From positions 938,825-1,002,824 of the forward strand of contig CM082583.2 of the NCBI GenBank assembly GCA_040954595.2: 64,000 bases of DNA, given 5' to 3'. This DNA comes from Balanoglossus misakiensis (taxonomy: Eukaryota; Animalia; Hemichordata). The notes below the pieces were generated by a model. The model worked only from the letters and a program-made list of their open reading frames with translations. It did not search any database and was not told the origin of the DNA. A program made the translations under genes and the position numbers. Position 1 is the first letter of the stretch. Each line of letters begins with the position of its first letter. Below, one piece after another: positions 1 through 11,000 of this stretch.

Positions 1-23
1 TGTGACTTTCCCTGTTCGGTTTG

Positions 24-915
24 CCCGACTTAGCCAACGTCTTTGTACTAGAGTGACGGGTCTTTTGCAGAGCCAGGCCGAAGGAAATCCGACTTGATCA
101 CCGTTGCTAACGAACGCTAGTGTCTGTCATGGTGTGCCGGGGTTTTAGTCGAGCCAGGCCGTAGGAGATCTGACTTGATCATCGTGGTCAATGTACGCGT
201 GTTTCCGCTCTAAAGTGCCGGGGCTTCAGCTAAACCAGGCCGTAGGAAATCCGACGTAATCACCGTTGATAACTTACGCCAGTCTGTGTCATATAGAGCC
301 GGTGCACCAGCCGAGTCACGCCGTAGGAAATCTGACTTGATCAACGTGGTCAATGTACGCCTGTTTCTGCTCTAGAGTGCCGGGGCTTCAGCTGAGCCAG
401 GCCGTAGGAAACCCGACGTGATTACCGTTGTTAACTTACGCCAGTCTGTGTCCTATATATAGTGCCGGGGCATCAGCCATGCCAGGCCGAAGGAAATGTG
501 AGAAGATCAACGTGGTCTCTGTACGCGTGTTTCTGCTCTAGAGTGCCAGGGCTTTAGCTAAGCCATGCCGTAGGAAATCTGACTTGATCAAAGTTGCTAA
601 CGAACGCTAGTGTCTGTCATAGTGTGCCGGGGTTTTAGTCGAGCCAAGCCGTAGGAGATCAGACTTGATCAACGTGGTCTCTGTACGCGTGTTTCTGCTC
701 TAGAGTGCCGGGGCTTTATCCAAGCCATGCCGTAGAAAATCTGACTTGATCACCGTTGCTAACGTACGCTAGTGTCTGTCATATTGTGACGGAGATTTAG
801 CCGAGCCAGGTCGTAGAAAAATCGACTTGTTCAACGTTACCAGTGTGCAACTGTTTCTGCTCTAGAGTGTCAGGGTTTTAGCCGACTTATGCTGTAGGAA
901 ATCTGAGTTGATGAA
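24..915. repeat. GC/CpG-rich sub-array of 81-bp monomers in A/B alternation (162-bp dimer); unit 1 shown as representative, present in every unit
   Basis: The anchor GCCG(T/A)AG(G/A)A has its G at 80, 161, 242, 323, 404, 489, 570, 651, 732, 813 and 894. Spacing is 81 bp, except one 85-bp monomer carrying an extra TATA. A-type monomers (ATCACCGTTG..AAC..ACGC.AGT..GTCAT) alternate with B-type (ATCAACGTGGTC..TGTACGC.TGTTTCTGCTCTAGAG). Confidence 0.97.
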
Positions 916-929
916 CGGGAATTCAATGT

Positions 930-1860
930 TAGAAAACCCGTGTGGAAAGTATCTCTACCCGTTTGAAACTATGAAAAGAATTTATTCTTATTTATTTTGT
1001 AAAAAAAGACAATTTTTCGAAAAAAAGTTGAAAATGGTAATTTTGTCTTGGGTGATTCAAATTATACCGCCTTTTCTGCAATTTGCAGCACTTTTTGCAA
1101 GAGAACGACACTTCATGCTCCATAATATTTCCGAAAATGAAGAAAAGAGTTAATTTTTTATGATTTTTCAAATATTTACCATTTTTGTCAAAATATGGCC
1201 AAAATGGCTATTTTTCTTGAATTCCGTCAATATCTCTGCATTTTTGGAGTGGTCGAGAGTTTTAACATACAATCAACATGTCATATATGATCAGGGCACC
1301 AAATTCGAAGAACAAAGGTTTTTTTTATTTTTTTTTCTAAAAATGACATTTTCAAGGAAAATTTGGTAAAACGCAATTTTGTCTGCAGTGAGCCAAATTA
1401 GACGGTCTTTTGTGGAATTTGTATCGATATATACATACGAAGAGCATTCTATACTCCATCAGATTTCCGAAAATGTAGAAAACAGGTATTTTTTGTAATT
1501 TTCAAAAATTTACCATTTTGACCAAATTGTGGCTAAAATTGTTATTTTCGTGTTGAATGCCGCCAGTGTCACTGCTTTTAAAAGTCATAAAAACTTTTAA
1601 CATACAAGCAATTGTTAATATATGATCAGGTCACCGAATTAAAAAAATAAAGAATGTTTTGCCTAAAAATGACCTTTTTGGTGCAAAAACGAATAAAACG
1701 CAATTTTGTATTAAATCAGCTCATTCAGAGTGCATTTTTATAATCAGCACCATTTTTACATATAATGGAAATTTCATACATCATCAGATATCCAAATATG
1801 AAAAAATGATTTAGATTTTAGATGATTGTCCAAAATTAGCTGATATCTGATAAATGTAGT
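930..1860. repeat. AT-rich block of diverged ~168-bp monomers arranged as ~336-bp dimers; unit 1 representative
   Basis: 336-bp period: ATTTCCGAAAATG at ~1127 and ~1463, with a degenerate copy ATATCCAAATATG at ~1788; TTTTAACATACAA at ~1260 and ~1595; TATATGATCAGG at ~1284 and ~1619. Half period: AAAATGGTAATTTTGTCTTG ~1031, AAAATGGCTATTTTTCTTG ~1201, AAAACGCAATTTTGTCTG ~1368, AAAATTGTTATTTTCGTG ~1535, AAAACGCAATTTTGTATT ~1695. Confidence 0.88.
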
Positions 1861-2051
1861 ATTGAACCGTTCTGTTTCTCCCCCCCCTACATTATATGCG
1901 GTACGCCGATGTCACCTTACCCGGCAGTACTGCAGGCCGTGCCCCCAACTAACGTCGGTGTTTGAAGCGCCCTGGTTAAATTCGGGCTTTCTCTATAAAT
2001 TAACAGGCAATAATGCAGTCCTACCCGAACAAATGTCGAGTGTTGACCCGC
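1861..2051. repeat. Single-copy-per-unit linker with poly-C tract and palindrome GCAGTACTGC; unit 1 representative
   Basis: Occurs once per unit between the AT block and the next GC block. No clear internal periodicity. The C-run varies from about 8 to 15 nt between units. Confidence 0.85.
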
Positions 2052-5000
2052 TGTGACTTTCCCTCTTCGGTTTGCCCGACTTAGCCAACGTCTTTGTACT
2101 AGAGGGTCGGGTCTTTTGCCGAGCCAGGCCGAAGGAAATCAGACTTGATCACCGTTGCTAACGAACGCTAGTGTCTGTCATGGTGTGCCGGGGTTTTAGT
2201 CGAACCAGGCCGTAGGAAATCTGACTTGATCAACGTGGTCAATGTACGCCTGTTTCTGCTCTAGAGTGCAGGGGCTTCAGCTGATCCAGGCCGTAGGAAA
2301 CCCGACGTGATTACCGTTGTTAACTTACGCCAGTCTGTGTCCTATATATAGTGCGGGGCATCAGCCGTGCCAGGCCTAAGGAAATGTGAGTAGATCAATG
2401 TGGTCTCTGTACGCGTGTTTCTGCTCTAGAATGCCAGGGCTTTAGCCAAGCCATGCCGTAGGAAATCTGACTTGATCAACGTTGCTAACGAACGCTAGTG
2501 TCTGTCATAGTGTGCCGGGGTTTTAGTCGAGCCAAGCCGTAGGAGATCTGACTTGATCATCGTGGTCAATGTACGCGTGTTTCCGCTCTAAAGTGCCGGG
2601 GCTTGAGCTAAACCAGGCCGTAGGAAATCCGACGTAATCACCGTTGATAACTTACGCCAGTCTGTGTCATATAGAGCCGGGGCACCAGCCGAGTCACGCC
2701 GTAGGAAATCTGACTTGATCAACGTGGTCAATGTACGCCTGTTTCTGCTCTAGAGTGCCGGGGCTTCAGCTGAGCCAGGCCGTAGGAAACCCGACGTGAT
2801 TACCGTTGTAAACTTACGCCAGTCTGTGTCCTATATATAGTGCCGGGGCATCAGCCGTGCCAGGCCGAAGGAAATGTGAGTAGATCAACGTGGTCTCTGT
2901 ACGCGTGTTTCTGCTCTAGAGTGTCAGGGCTTTAGCAAAGCCATGCCGTAGGAAATCTGACTTGATCAACGTTGTTAACGAACGCTAGTGTCTGTCATAG
3001 TGTGCCGGGGTTTTAGTCGAGCCAAGCCGTAGGAGATCAGACTTGATCAACGTGGTCTCTGTACGCGTGTTTCTGCTCTAGAGTGCCGGGGCTTTATCCA
3101 ACCTATGCCGTTGAAAATCTGACTTGATCACCGTTGCTAACGTACGCTAGTGTCTGTCATATTGTGACGAGATTTAGCCGAGCCAGGCCGTAGAAAAATC
3201 GACTTGTTCAACGTTATCAGTGTGCAACTGTTTCTGCTCTAGAGTGTCAGGGTTTTAGCCGACTTATGCTGTAGGAAATCTGAGTTGATGAACGGGAATT
3301 CAATGTTAGAAAACCCGTGTGGAAAGTATCTCTACCCGTTTGAAACTAAGAAAAGAATTTATTCTTGTTTATTTTTTAAAAAAGACAATTTTTCGAAAAC
3401 AAGTCGAAAATGGTAATTTTGTCTTGGGTGATTCAATTTATACCACATTTTCTGGAATTTGCAGCACTTTTTACAAGAGAACGACACTTCATGCTCCATA
3501 ATATTTCCGAAAATGAAGAAAAGAGTTTATTTTTTATGATTTTTTAAAAATGTACCATTTTGTCAAAATATGGCCAAAATGGCTATTTTTTCTTGAATTC
3601 CGTCAATATCTCTGCATTTTTGGAGTGGTCGAAAATTTTAACATACAATCAACATGTCATATATGATCAGGGCACCAAATTCGAAGAACGAAGGTTTTTT
3701 TATTTTATTTTTCTAAAAATGACATTTTCAAGAAAAATTTGGTAAAACGCAATTTTGTCTGCAGTGAGCCAAATTAGACGGTCTTTTGTGGAATTTGTAT
3801 CGATATATATATACGAAGAGCATTCTATACTCCATCAGATTTCCGAAAATGTAGAAAACAGGTATTTTTTGTAATTTTCAAAAATTTACCATTTTGACCA
3901 AATTGTGGTTAAAATTGTTATTTTCGTGTTGAATGCCGCCAGTGTCACTGCTTTTAAAAGTCATAAAAACTTTTAACATGAAAGCAATTGCTTATATATG
4001 ATCAGGCCACCGAATTAAAAAAATAAAGAATGTTTTGCCTAAAAATGACCTTTTTGGTGCAAAAACGAATAAAACGCAATTTTGTATTAAATCAGCTCAT
4101 TCAGAGTGCATTTTTTATAATCAGCACCATTTTTACATATATTGGAAATTTCATACATCATCAGATATCCAAATATGAAAAAATGATTTAGATTTTAGAT
4201 GATTGTCCAAAATTAGCTGATATCTAATAAATGTAGTATTGAACCATTCTGTCCCCCCCCCCCTACATTATATGCGGTACGCCGATGTCAGCTTACCCGG
4301 CAGTACTGCAGGCCGTGCCCCCAAATAACGTCGGTGTTTGAAACGCCCTGGTTAAATTCGGGCTTTCTCTATAAATTGACAGGCAATAATGCAGTCCTAC
4401 CCGAACAAATGTCGAGTGTTGACCCGCTGTGACTTTCCCTCTTCGGTTTGCCCGACTTAGCCAGCGTCTTTGTACTAATGTGTCGGGTCTTTTGCAGAGC
4501 CAGGCCGAAGGAAATCCGACTTGATCACCGTTGCTAACGAACGCTAGTGTCTGTCATGGTGTGCCGGGGTTTTAGAAGAGCCAGGCCGTAGGAGATCTGA
4601 CTTGATCATCGTGGTCAATGTACGCGTGTTTCCGCTCTAAAGTGCCGGGGCTTCAGCTAAACCATGCCGTAGGAAATCCGACGTAATCACCGTTGATAAC
4701 TTACGCCAGTCTGTGTCATATAGAGCCGGTGCACCAGCCGAATCACGCCGTAGGAAATCTGACTTGATCAACGTGGTCAATGTACGCCTGTTTCTGCTCT
4801 AGAGTGCCGGGGCTTCAGCTGAGCCGGGCCGTAGGAAACCCGACGTGATTACCGTTGTTAACTTACGCCAGTCTGTGTCCTATATATAGTGCCGGGGCAT
4901 CAGCCGTGCCAGGCCGAAGGAAATGTGAGTAGATCAACGTGGTCTCTGTACGCGTGTTTCTGCTCTAGAGTGCCGGGGCTTTATCCAAGCCATGCCGTAG

Positions 5001-8000
5001 AAAATCTGACTTGATCACCGTTGCTAACGTACGATAGTGTCTGTCATAGTGTGCCGGGGTTTTAGTCGAGCCAAGCCGTAGGAGATCAGACTTGATCAAC
5101 GTGGTCTCTGTACGCGTGTTTCTGCTCTAGAGTGCCGGGGCTTTATCCGAGCTATGCCGTAGAAAATCTGACTTGATCACCGTTGCTAACTTACGCTAGT
5201 GTCTGTCATATTGTGACGGAGATTTAGCCGAGCCAGGCCGTAGAAAAATCGACTTGTTCAACGTTACCAGTGTGCAACTGTTTCTGCTCTAGAGTGTCAG
5301 GGTTTTAGCCGACTTGTGCTGTAGGAAATCTGAGTTGATGAACGGGAATTCAATGTTAGAAAACCCGTGTGTAAAGTATCTCTACCCGTTTGAAACTAAG
5401 AAAAGAATTTATTCTTATTTATTTTGTAAAACAAGACAATTTTTCGAAAAAAAGTCGAAAATGGTAATTTTGTCTTGGGTGATTCAAATTATACTGCCTT
5501 TTCTGGAATTTGCAGCACTTTTTACAAGAGAACGACACTTCATGCTCCATAATATTTCCGAAAATGAAGAAAAGAGTTTATTTTTTATGATTTTTTAAAA
5601 ATGTACCATTTTGTCAAAATATGGCCAAAATGGCTATTTTTTCTTGAATTCCGTCAATATCTCTGCATTTTTGGAGTGGTCGAAAGTTTTAACATACAAT
5701 CAACATGTCATATATGATCAGGGCACCAAATTCGAAGAACGAAGGTTTTTTTATTTTATTTTTCTAAAAATGACATTTTCAAGGAAAATTTGGTAAAACG
5801 CAATTTTGTCTGCAGTGAGCCAAATTAGACGGTCTTTTGTGGAATTTGTATCGATATATATATACGAAGAGCATTCTATACTCCATCAGATTTCCGAAAA
5901 TGTAGAAAACAGGTATTTTTTGTAATTTTCAAAAATTTACCATTTTGACCAAATTGTGGTTAAAATTGTTATTTTCGTGTTGAATGCCGCCAGTGTCACT
6001 GCTTTTAAAAGTCATAAAAACTTTTAACATGCAAGCAATTGCTTATATATGATCAGGCCACCGAATTAAAAAAATAAAGAATGTTTTGCCTAAAAATGAC
6101 CTTTTTGGTGCAAAAACGAATAAAACGCAATTTTGTATTAAATCAGCTCATTCAGAGTGCATTTTTTATAATCAGCACCATTTTTACATATATTGAAAAT
6201 TTCATACATCATCAGATATCCAAATATGAAAAAATGATTTAGATTTTAGATGATTGTCCAAAATTAGCTGATATCTAATAAATGTAGTATTGAACCGTTC
6301 TGTCCCCCCCCCCCCCCTACATTATATGCGGTACGCCGATGTCAGCTTACCCGGCAGTACTGCAGGCCGTGCCCCCAAATAACGTCGGTGTTTGAAACGC
6401 CCTGGTTAAATTGGGGCTTTCTCTATAAATTGACAGGCAATAATGCAGTCCTACCCGAACAAATGTCGAGTGTTGACCCGCTGTGACTTTCCCTCGTCGG
6501 TTTGCCCGACTTAGCCAACGTCTTTGTACTAATGTGTCGGGTCTTTTGCAGAGCCAGGCCGAAGGAAATCCGACTTGATCACCGTTGCTAACGAACGCTA
6601 GTGTCTGTCATGGTGTGCCGGGGTTTTAGTCGAGCCAGGCCGTAGGAGATCTGACTTGATCATCGTGGTCAATGTACGCGTGTTTCCGCTCTAAAGTGCC
6701 GGGGCTTCAGCTAAACCATGCCGTAGGAAATCCGACGTAATCACCGTTGATAACTTACGCCAGTCTGTGTCATATAGAGCCGGTGCACCAGCCGAATCAC
6801 GCCGTAGGAAATCTGACTTGATCAACGTGGTCAATGTACGCCTGTTTCTGCTCTAGAGTGCCGGGGCTTCAGCTGAGCCAGGCCGTAGGAAACCCGACGT
6901 GATTACCGTTGTTAACTTACGCCAGTCTGTGTCCTATATATAGTGCCGGGGCATCAGCCGTGCCAGGCCGAAGGAAATGGGAGTAGATCAACGTGGTCTC
7001 TGTACGCGTGTTTCTGCTCTAGAGTGCCGGGGCTTTATCCAAGCCATGCCGTAGAAAATCTGACTTGATCACCGTTGCTAACGTACGATAGTGTCTGTCA
7101 TAGTGTGCCGGGGTTTTAGTCGAGCCAAGCCGTAGGAGATCAGACTTCATCAACGTGGTCTCTGTACGCGTGTTTCTGCTCTAGAGTGCCGGGGCTTTAT
7201 CCAAGCCATGCCGTAGAAAATCTGACTTGATCACCGTTGCTAACGTACGCTAGTGTCTGTCATATTGTGACGGAGATTTAGCCGAGCCAGGCCGTAGAAA
7301 AATCGACTTGTTCAACGTTACCAGTGTGCAACTGTTTCTGCTCTAGAGTGTCAGGGTTTTAGCCGACTTATGCTGTAGGAAATCTGAGTTGATGAACGGG
7401 AATTCAATGTTAGAAAACCCGTGTGGAAAGTATCTCCTCCCGTTTGAAACTAAGAAAAGAATTTATTCTTATTTATTTTGTTAAAAAGACAATTTTTCGA
7501 AAAAAAGTCGAAAATGGTAATTTTGTCTTGGGTGATTCAAATTATACCACCTTTTCTGGAATTTGCAGCACTTTTTACAAGAGAACGACACTTCATGCTC
7601 CATAATATTTCCGAAAATGAAGAAAATAGTTAATTTTTTATGATTTTTTAAAAATTTACCATTTTTGTCAAAATATGGCCAAAATGGCTATTTTTTCTTG
7701 AATTCCGTCAATATCTCTGCATTTTTGGAGTGGTCGAAAGTTTTAACATACAATCAACATGTCATATATGATCAGGGCACCACATTTGAAGAACAAAGGT
7801 TTTTTTATTTTTTTTTCTAAAAATGACATTTTCAAGGAAAATTTGGTAAAACGCAATTTTGTCTGCAGTGAGCCTAATTAGACGGTCTTTTGTGGAATTT
7901 GTATCGATATATACATACGAAGAGCATTCTATACTCCATCAGATTTCCAAAAATGTAGAAAACAGGTATTTTTTGTAATTTTCAAAAATTTACCATTTTG

Positions 8001-11000
8001 ACCAAATTGTGGCTAAAATTGTTATTTTCGTGTTGAATGCCGCCAGTGTCACTGCTTTTAAAAGTCATAAAAACTTTTAACATACAAGCAATTGTTTATA
8101 TATGATCAGGTCACCGAATTAAAAAAATAAAGAATGTTTTGCCTAAAAATGACCTTTTTGGTGCAAAAACGAATAAAACGCAATTTTGTATTAAATCAGC
8201 TCATTCAGAGTGCATTTTTATAATCAGCACCATTTTTACATATAATGGAAATTTCATACATCATCAGATATCCAAATATGAAAAGATGATTTAGATTTTA
8301 GATGATTGTCCAAAATTAGCTGATATCTGATAAATGTAGTATTGAACCGTTCTGTTTCTCCCCCCCCCCCTACATTATATGCGGTACGCCGATGTCACCT
8401 TACCCGGCAGTACTGCAGGCCGTGCCCCCAACTAACGTCGGTGTTTGAAGCGCCCTGGTTAAATTCGGGCTTTCTCTATAAATTAACAGGCAATAATGCA
8501 GTCCTACCCGAACAAATGTCGAGTGTTGACCCGCTGTGACTTTCCCTCTTCGGTTTGCCCGACTTAGCCAACGTCTTTGTACTAGAGGGTCGGGTCTTTT
8601 GCCGAGCCAGGCCGAAGGAAATCCGACTTGATCACCGTTGCTAACGAACGCTAGTGTCTGTCATGGTGTGCCGGGGTTTTAGTCGAACCAGGCCGTAGGA
8701 AATCTGACTTGATCAACGTGGTCAATGTACGCCTGTTTCTGCTCTAGAGTGCCGGGGCTTCAGCTGATCCAGGCCGTAGGAAACCCGACGTGATTACCGT
8801 TGTTAACTTACGCCAGTCTGTGTCCTATATATAGTGCGGGGCATCAGCCGTGCCAGGCCTATGGAAATGTGAGTAGATCAATGTGGTCTCTTTACGCGTG
8901 TTTCTGCTCTAGAATGCCAGGGCTTTAGCCAAGCCATGCCGTAGGAAATCTGACTTGATCAACGTTGCTAACGAACGTTAGTGTCTGTCATAGTGTGCCG
9001 GGGTTTTAGTCGAGCCAAGCCGTAGGAGATCTGACTTGATCATCGTGGTCAATGTACGCGTGTTTCAACTCTAAAGTGCCGGGGCTTGAGCTAAACCAGG
9101 CCGTAGGAAATCCGACGTAATCACCGTTGATAACTTACGCCAGTCTGTGTCATATAGAGCCGGTGCACCAGCGGAGTCACGCCGTAGGACATCTGACCTG
9201 ATCAACGTGGTCAATGTACGCCTGTTTCTGCTCTAGAGTGCCGGGGCTTCAGCTGAGCCAGGCCGTAGGAAACCCGACGTGATTACCGTTGTTAACTTAC
9301 GCCAGTCTGTGTCCTATATATAGTGCCGGGGCATCAGCTGTGCCAGGCCGAAGGAAATGGGAGTAGATCAACGTGGTCTCTGTACGCGTGTTTCTGCTCT
9401 AGAGTGCCAGGGCTTTAGCCAAGCCATGCCGTAGGAAATCTGACTTGATCAACGTTGCTAACGAACGCTAGTGTCTGTCATAGTGTGCCGGGGTTTTAGT
9501 CGAGCCAAGCCGTAGGAGATCAGACTTGATCAACGTTGCTAACGTGCGCTAGTGTCTGTCATATTGTGACGGAGATTTAGCCGAGCCAGGCCGTAGAAAA
9601 ATCGACTTGTTCAACGTTACCAGTGTGCAACTGTTTCTGCTCTAGAGTGTCAGGGTTTTAGCCGACTTATGCTGTAGGAAATCTGAGTTGATGAATGGGA
9701 ATTCAATGTTAAAAAACCTGTGTGGAAAGTGTCTCTACCCTTTTGAAACTAAGAAAATAATTTATTCTTATTTATTTTGTAAAAATCACAATTTTTCGAA
9801 AAAAAGTCGAAAATGGTAATTTTGTCATGGGTGATTCAAATTATACCGCCTTTTCTGGAATTTGCAGCACTTTTTACAAGAGAACGACACTTCATGCTCC
9901 ATAATATTTCCGAAAATGAAGAAAAGAGTTAATTTTTTATGATTTTTTTAAAAATTACCATTTTTGTCAAAATATGGCCAAAATGGCTATTTTTTCTTGA
10001 ATTCCGTCAATATCTCTGCTTTTTTGGAGTGGTCGAAAGTTTTAACATACAATCAACATGTCATATATGATCAGGGCACCAAATTCGAAGAACAAAGGTT
10101 TTTTTTATTTTTTTTTCTAAAAATGACATTTTCAAGGAAAATTTGGTAAAACGCAATTTTGTCTGCAGTGAGCCAAATTGGCCGTTTTTTTGTGGAATTT
10201 GTATCGATATATGTATACGAAGAGCATTCTATACTCCATCAGATTTCCGAAAATGTAGAAAACAGGTATTTTTTGTAATTTTCAAAAATTTACCATTTTG
10301 ACCGAATTGTGGCTAAAATTGTTATTTTCGTGTTGAATGCCGCCAGTGTCACTGCTTTTAAAAGTCATTAAAACTTTTAACATACAAGCAATTGTTTATA
10401 TATGATCAGGTCACCGAATTTAAAGAATAAAGAATGTTTTCCCTAAAAATGACCTTTTTGGTGCAAAAACGAATAAAACGCAATTTTGTATTAAGTCTGC
10501 TCATTCAGAGTGCATTTTTTATAATCAGCACCATTTTTACATATAATGGAAATTTCATACATCATCAGATATCCAAATATGAAAAAATGATTTAGATTTT
10601 AGATGATTGTCCAAAAGTAGCTGATATGTAATAAATATAGTATTGAACCGTTCTGTTCCCCCCCCCCCCTACATTAAATGCGGTACGCCGATGTCAGCTT
10701 ACCCGTCAGTACTGCAGGCCGTGCCCACAACTAACGTCGGTGTTTGAAACGCCCTGGTTAAATTCGGGCTTTCTCTATAAATTGACAGGCAATATTGTAG
10801 TCCTACCGGAACAAATGTCGAGTGTTGACCCGCTGTGACTTTCCCTCTTCGGTTTGCCCGACTTAGCCAACGTCTTTGTACTAGAGTGTCGGGTGTTTTG
10901 CAGAGCCAGGCCGAAGGAAATCCGACTTGATCACCGTTGCTAACGAACGCTAGTGTCTGTCATGGTGTGCCGGGGTTTTAGTCGAGCCAGGCCGTAGGAG

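Noticed and set aside
452-462. CTATATATAG as a TATA-box promoter
   Set aside because: It is explained by a 4-bp TA slippage within one A monomer, is absent from several contracted units, and has no downstream gene.
24-915. CRISPR-like array (conserved core with variable intervening sequence)
   Set aside because: The intervening segments are homologous to each other (A/B types) and recur in every unit. There are no unique spacers, no leader and no cas genes.
24-915. rDNA intergenic-spacer enhancer repeats (the 81-bp length recalls Xenopus 60/81-bp elements)
   Set aside because: Length coincidence only. There is no rRNA sequence anywhere in 64 kb and no recognisable similarity.
903-970. Plus-strand TTGATGA-ACGGG...CCCGT-TTGAAAC hammerhead-like arrangement
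   Set aside because: It lacks the invariant C of CUGANGA, has extra bases before GAAA, and the ACGGG/CCCGT stem is disrupted in the H haplotype.
1765-1810. Minus-strand hammerhead-like motif (UUC-AUAU..AUAU-CUGAUGA-uguau-GAAA), of interest because some satellites encode hammerheads
   Set aside because: Only 5 unpaired nt lie where stem II should be, and stem III cannot pair (U opposite U). The homologous sub-repeat at ~1456 reads CUGAUGG. Likely chance; an Infernal search would settle it.
1840-1876. TGTAGTA..GTTCT resemblance to U2 snRNA, and Sm-like ATTTTTGGAG at ~1240
   Set aside because: Only 7-10 nt match, the order and spacing are wrong, and there is no U2 5' stem. No 5S, tRNA, snRNA or SL RNA gene could be recognised in the unit.
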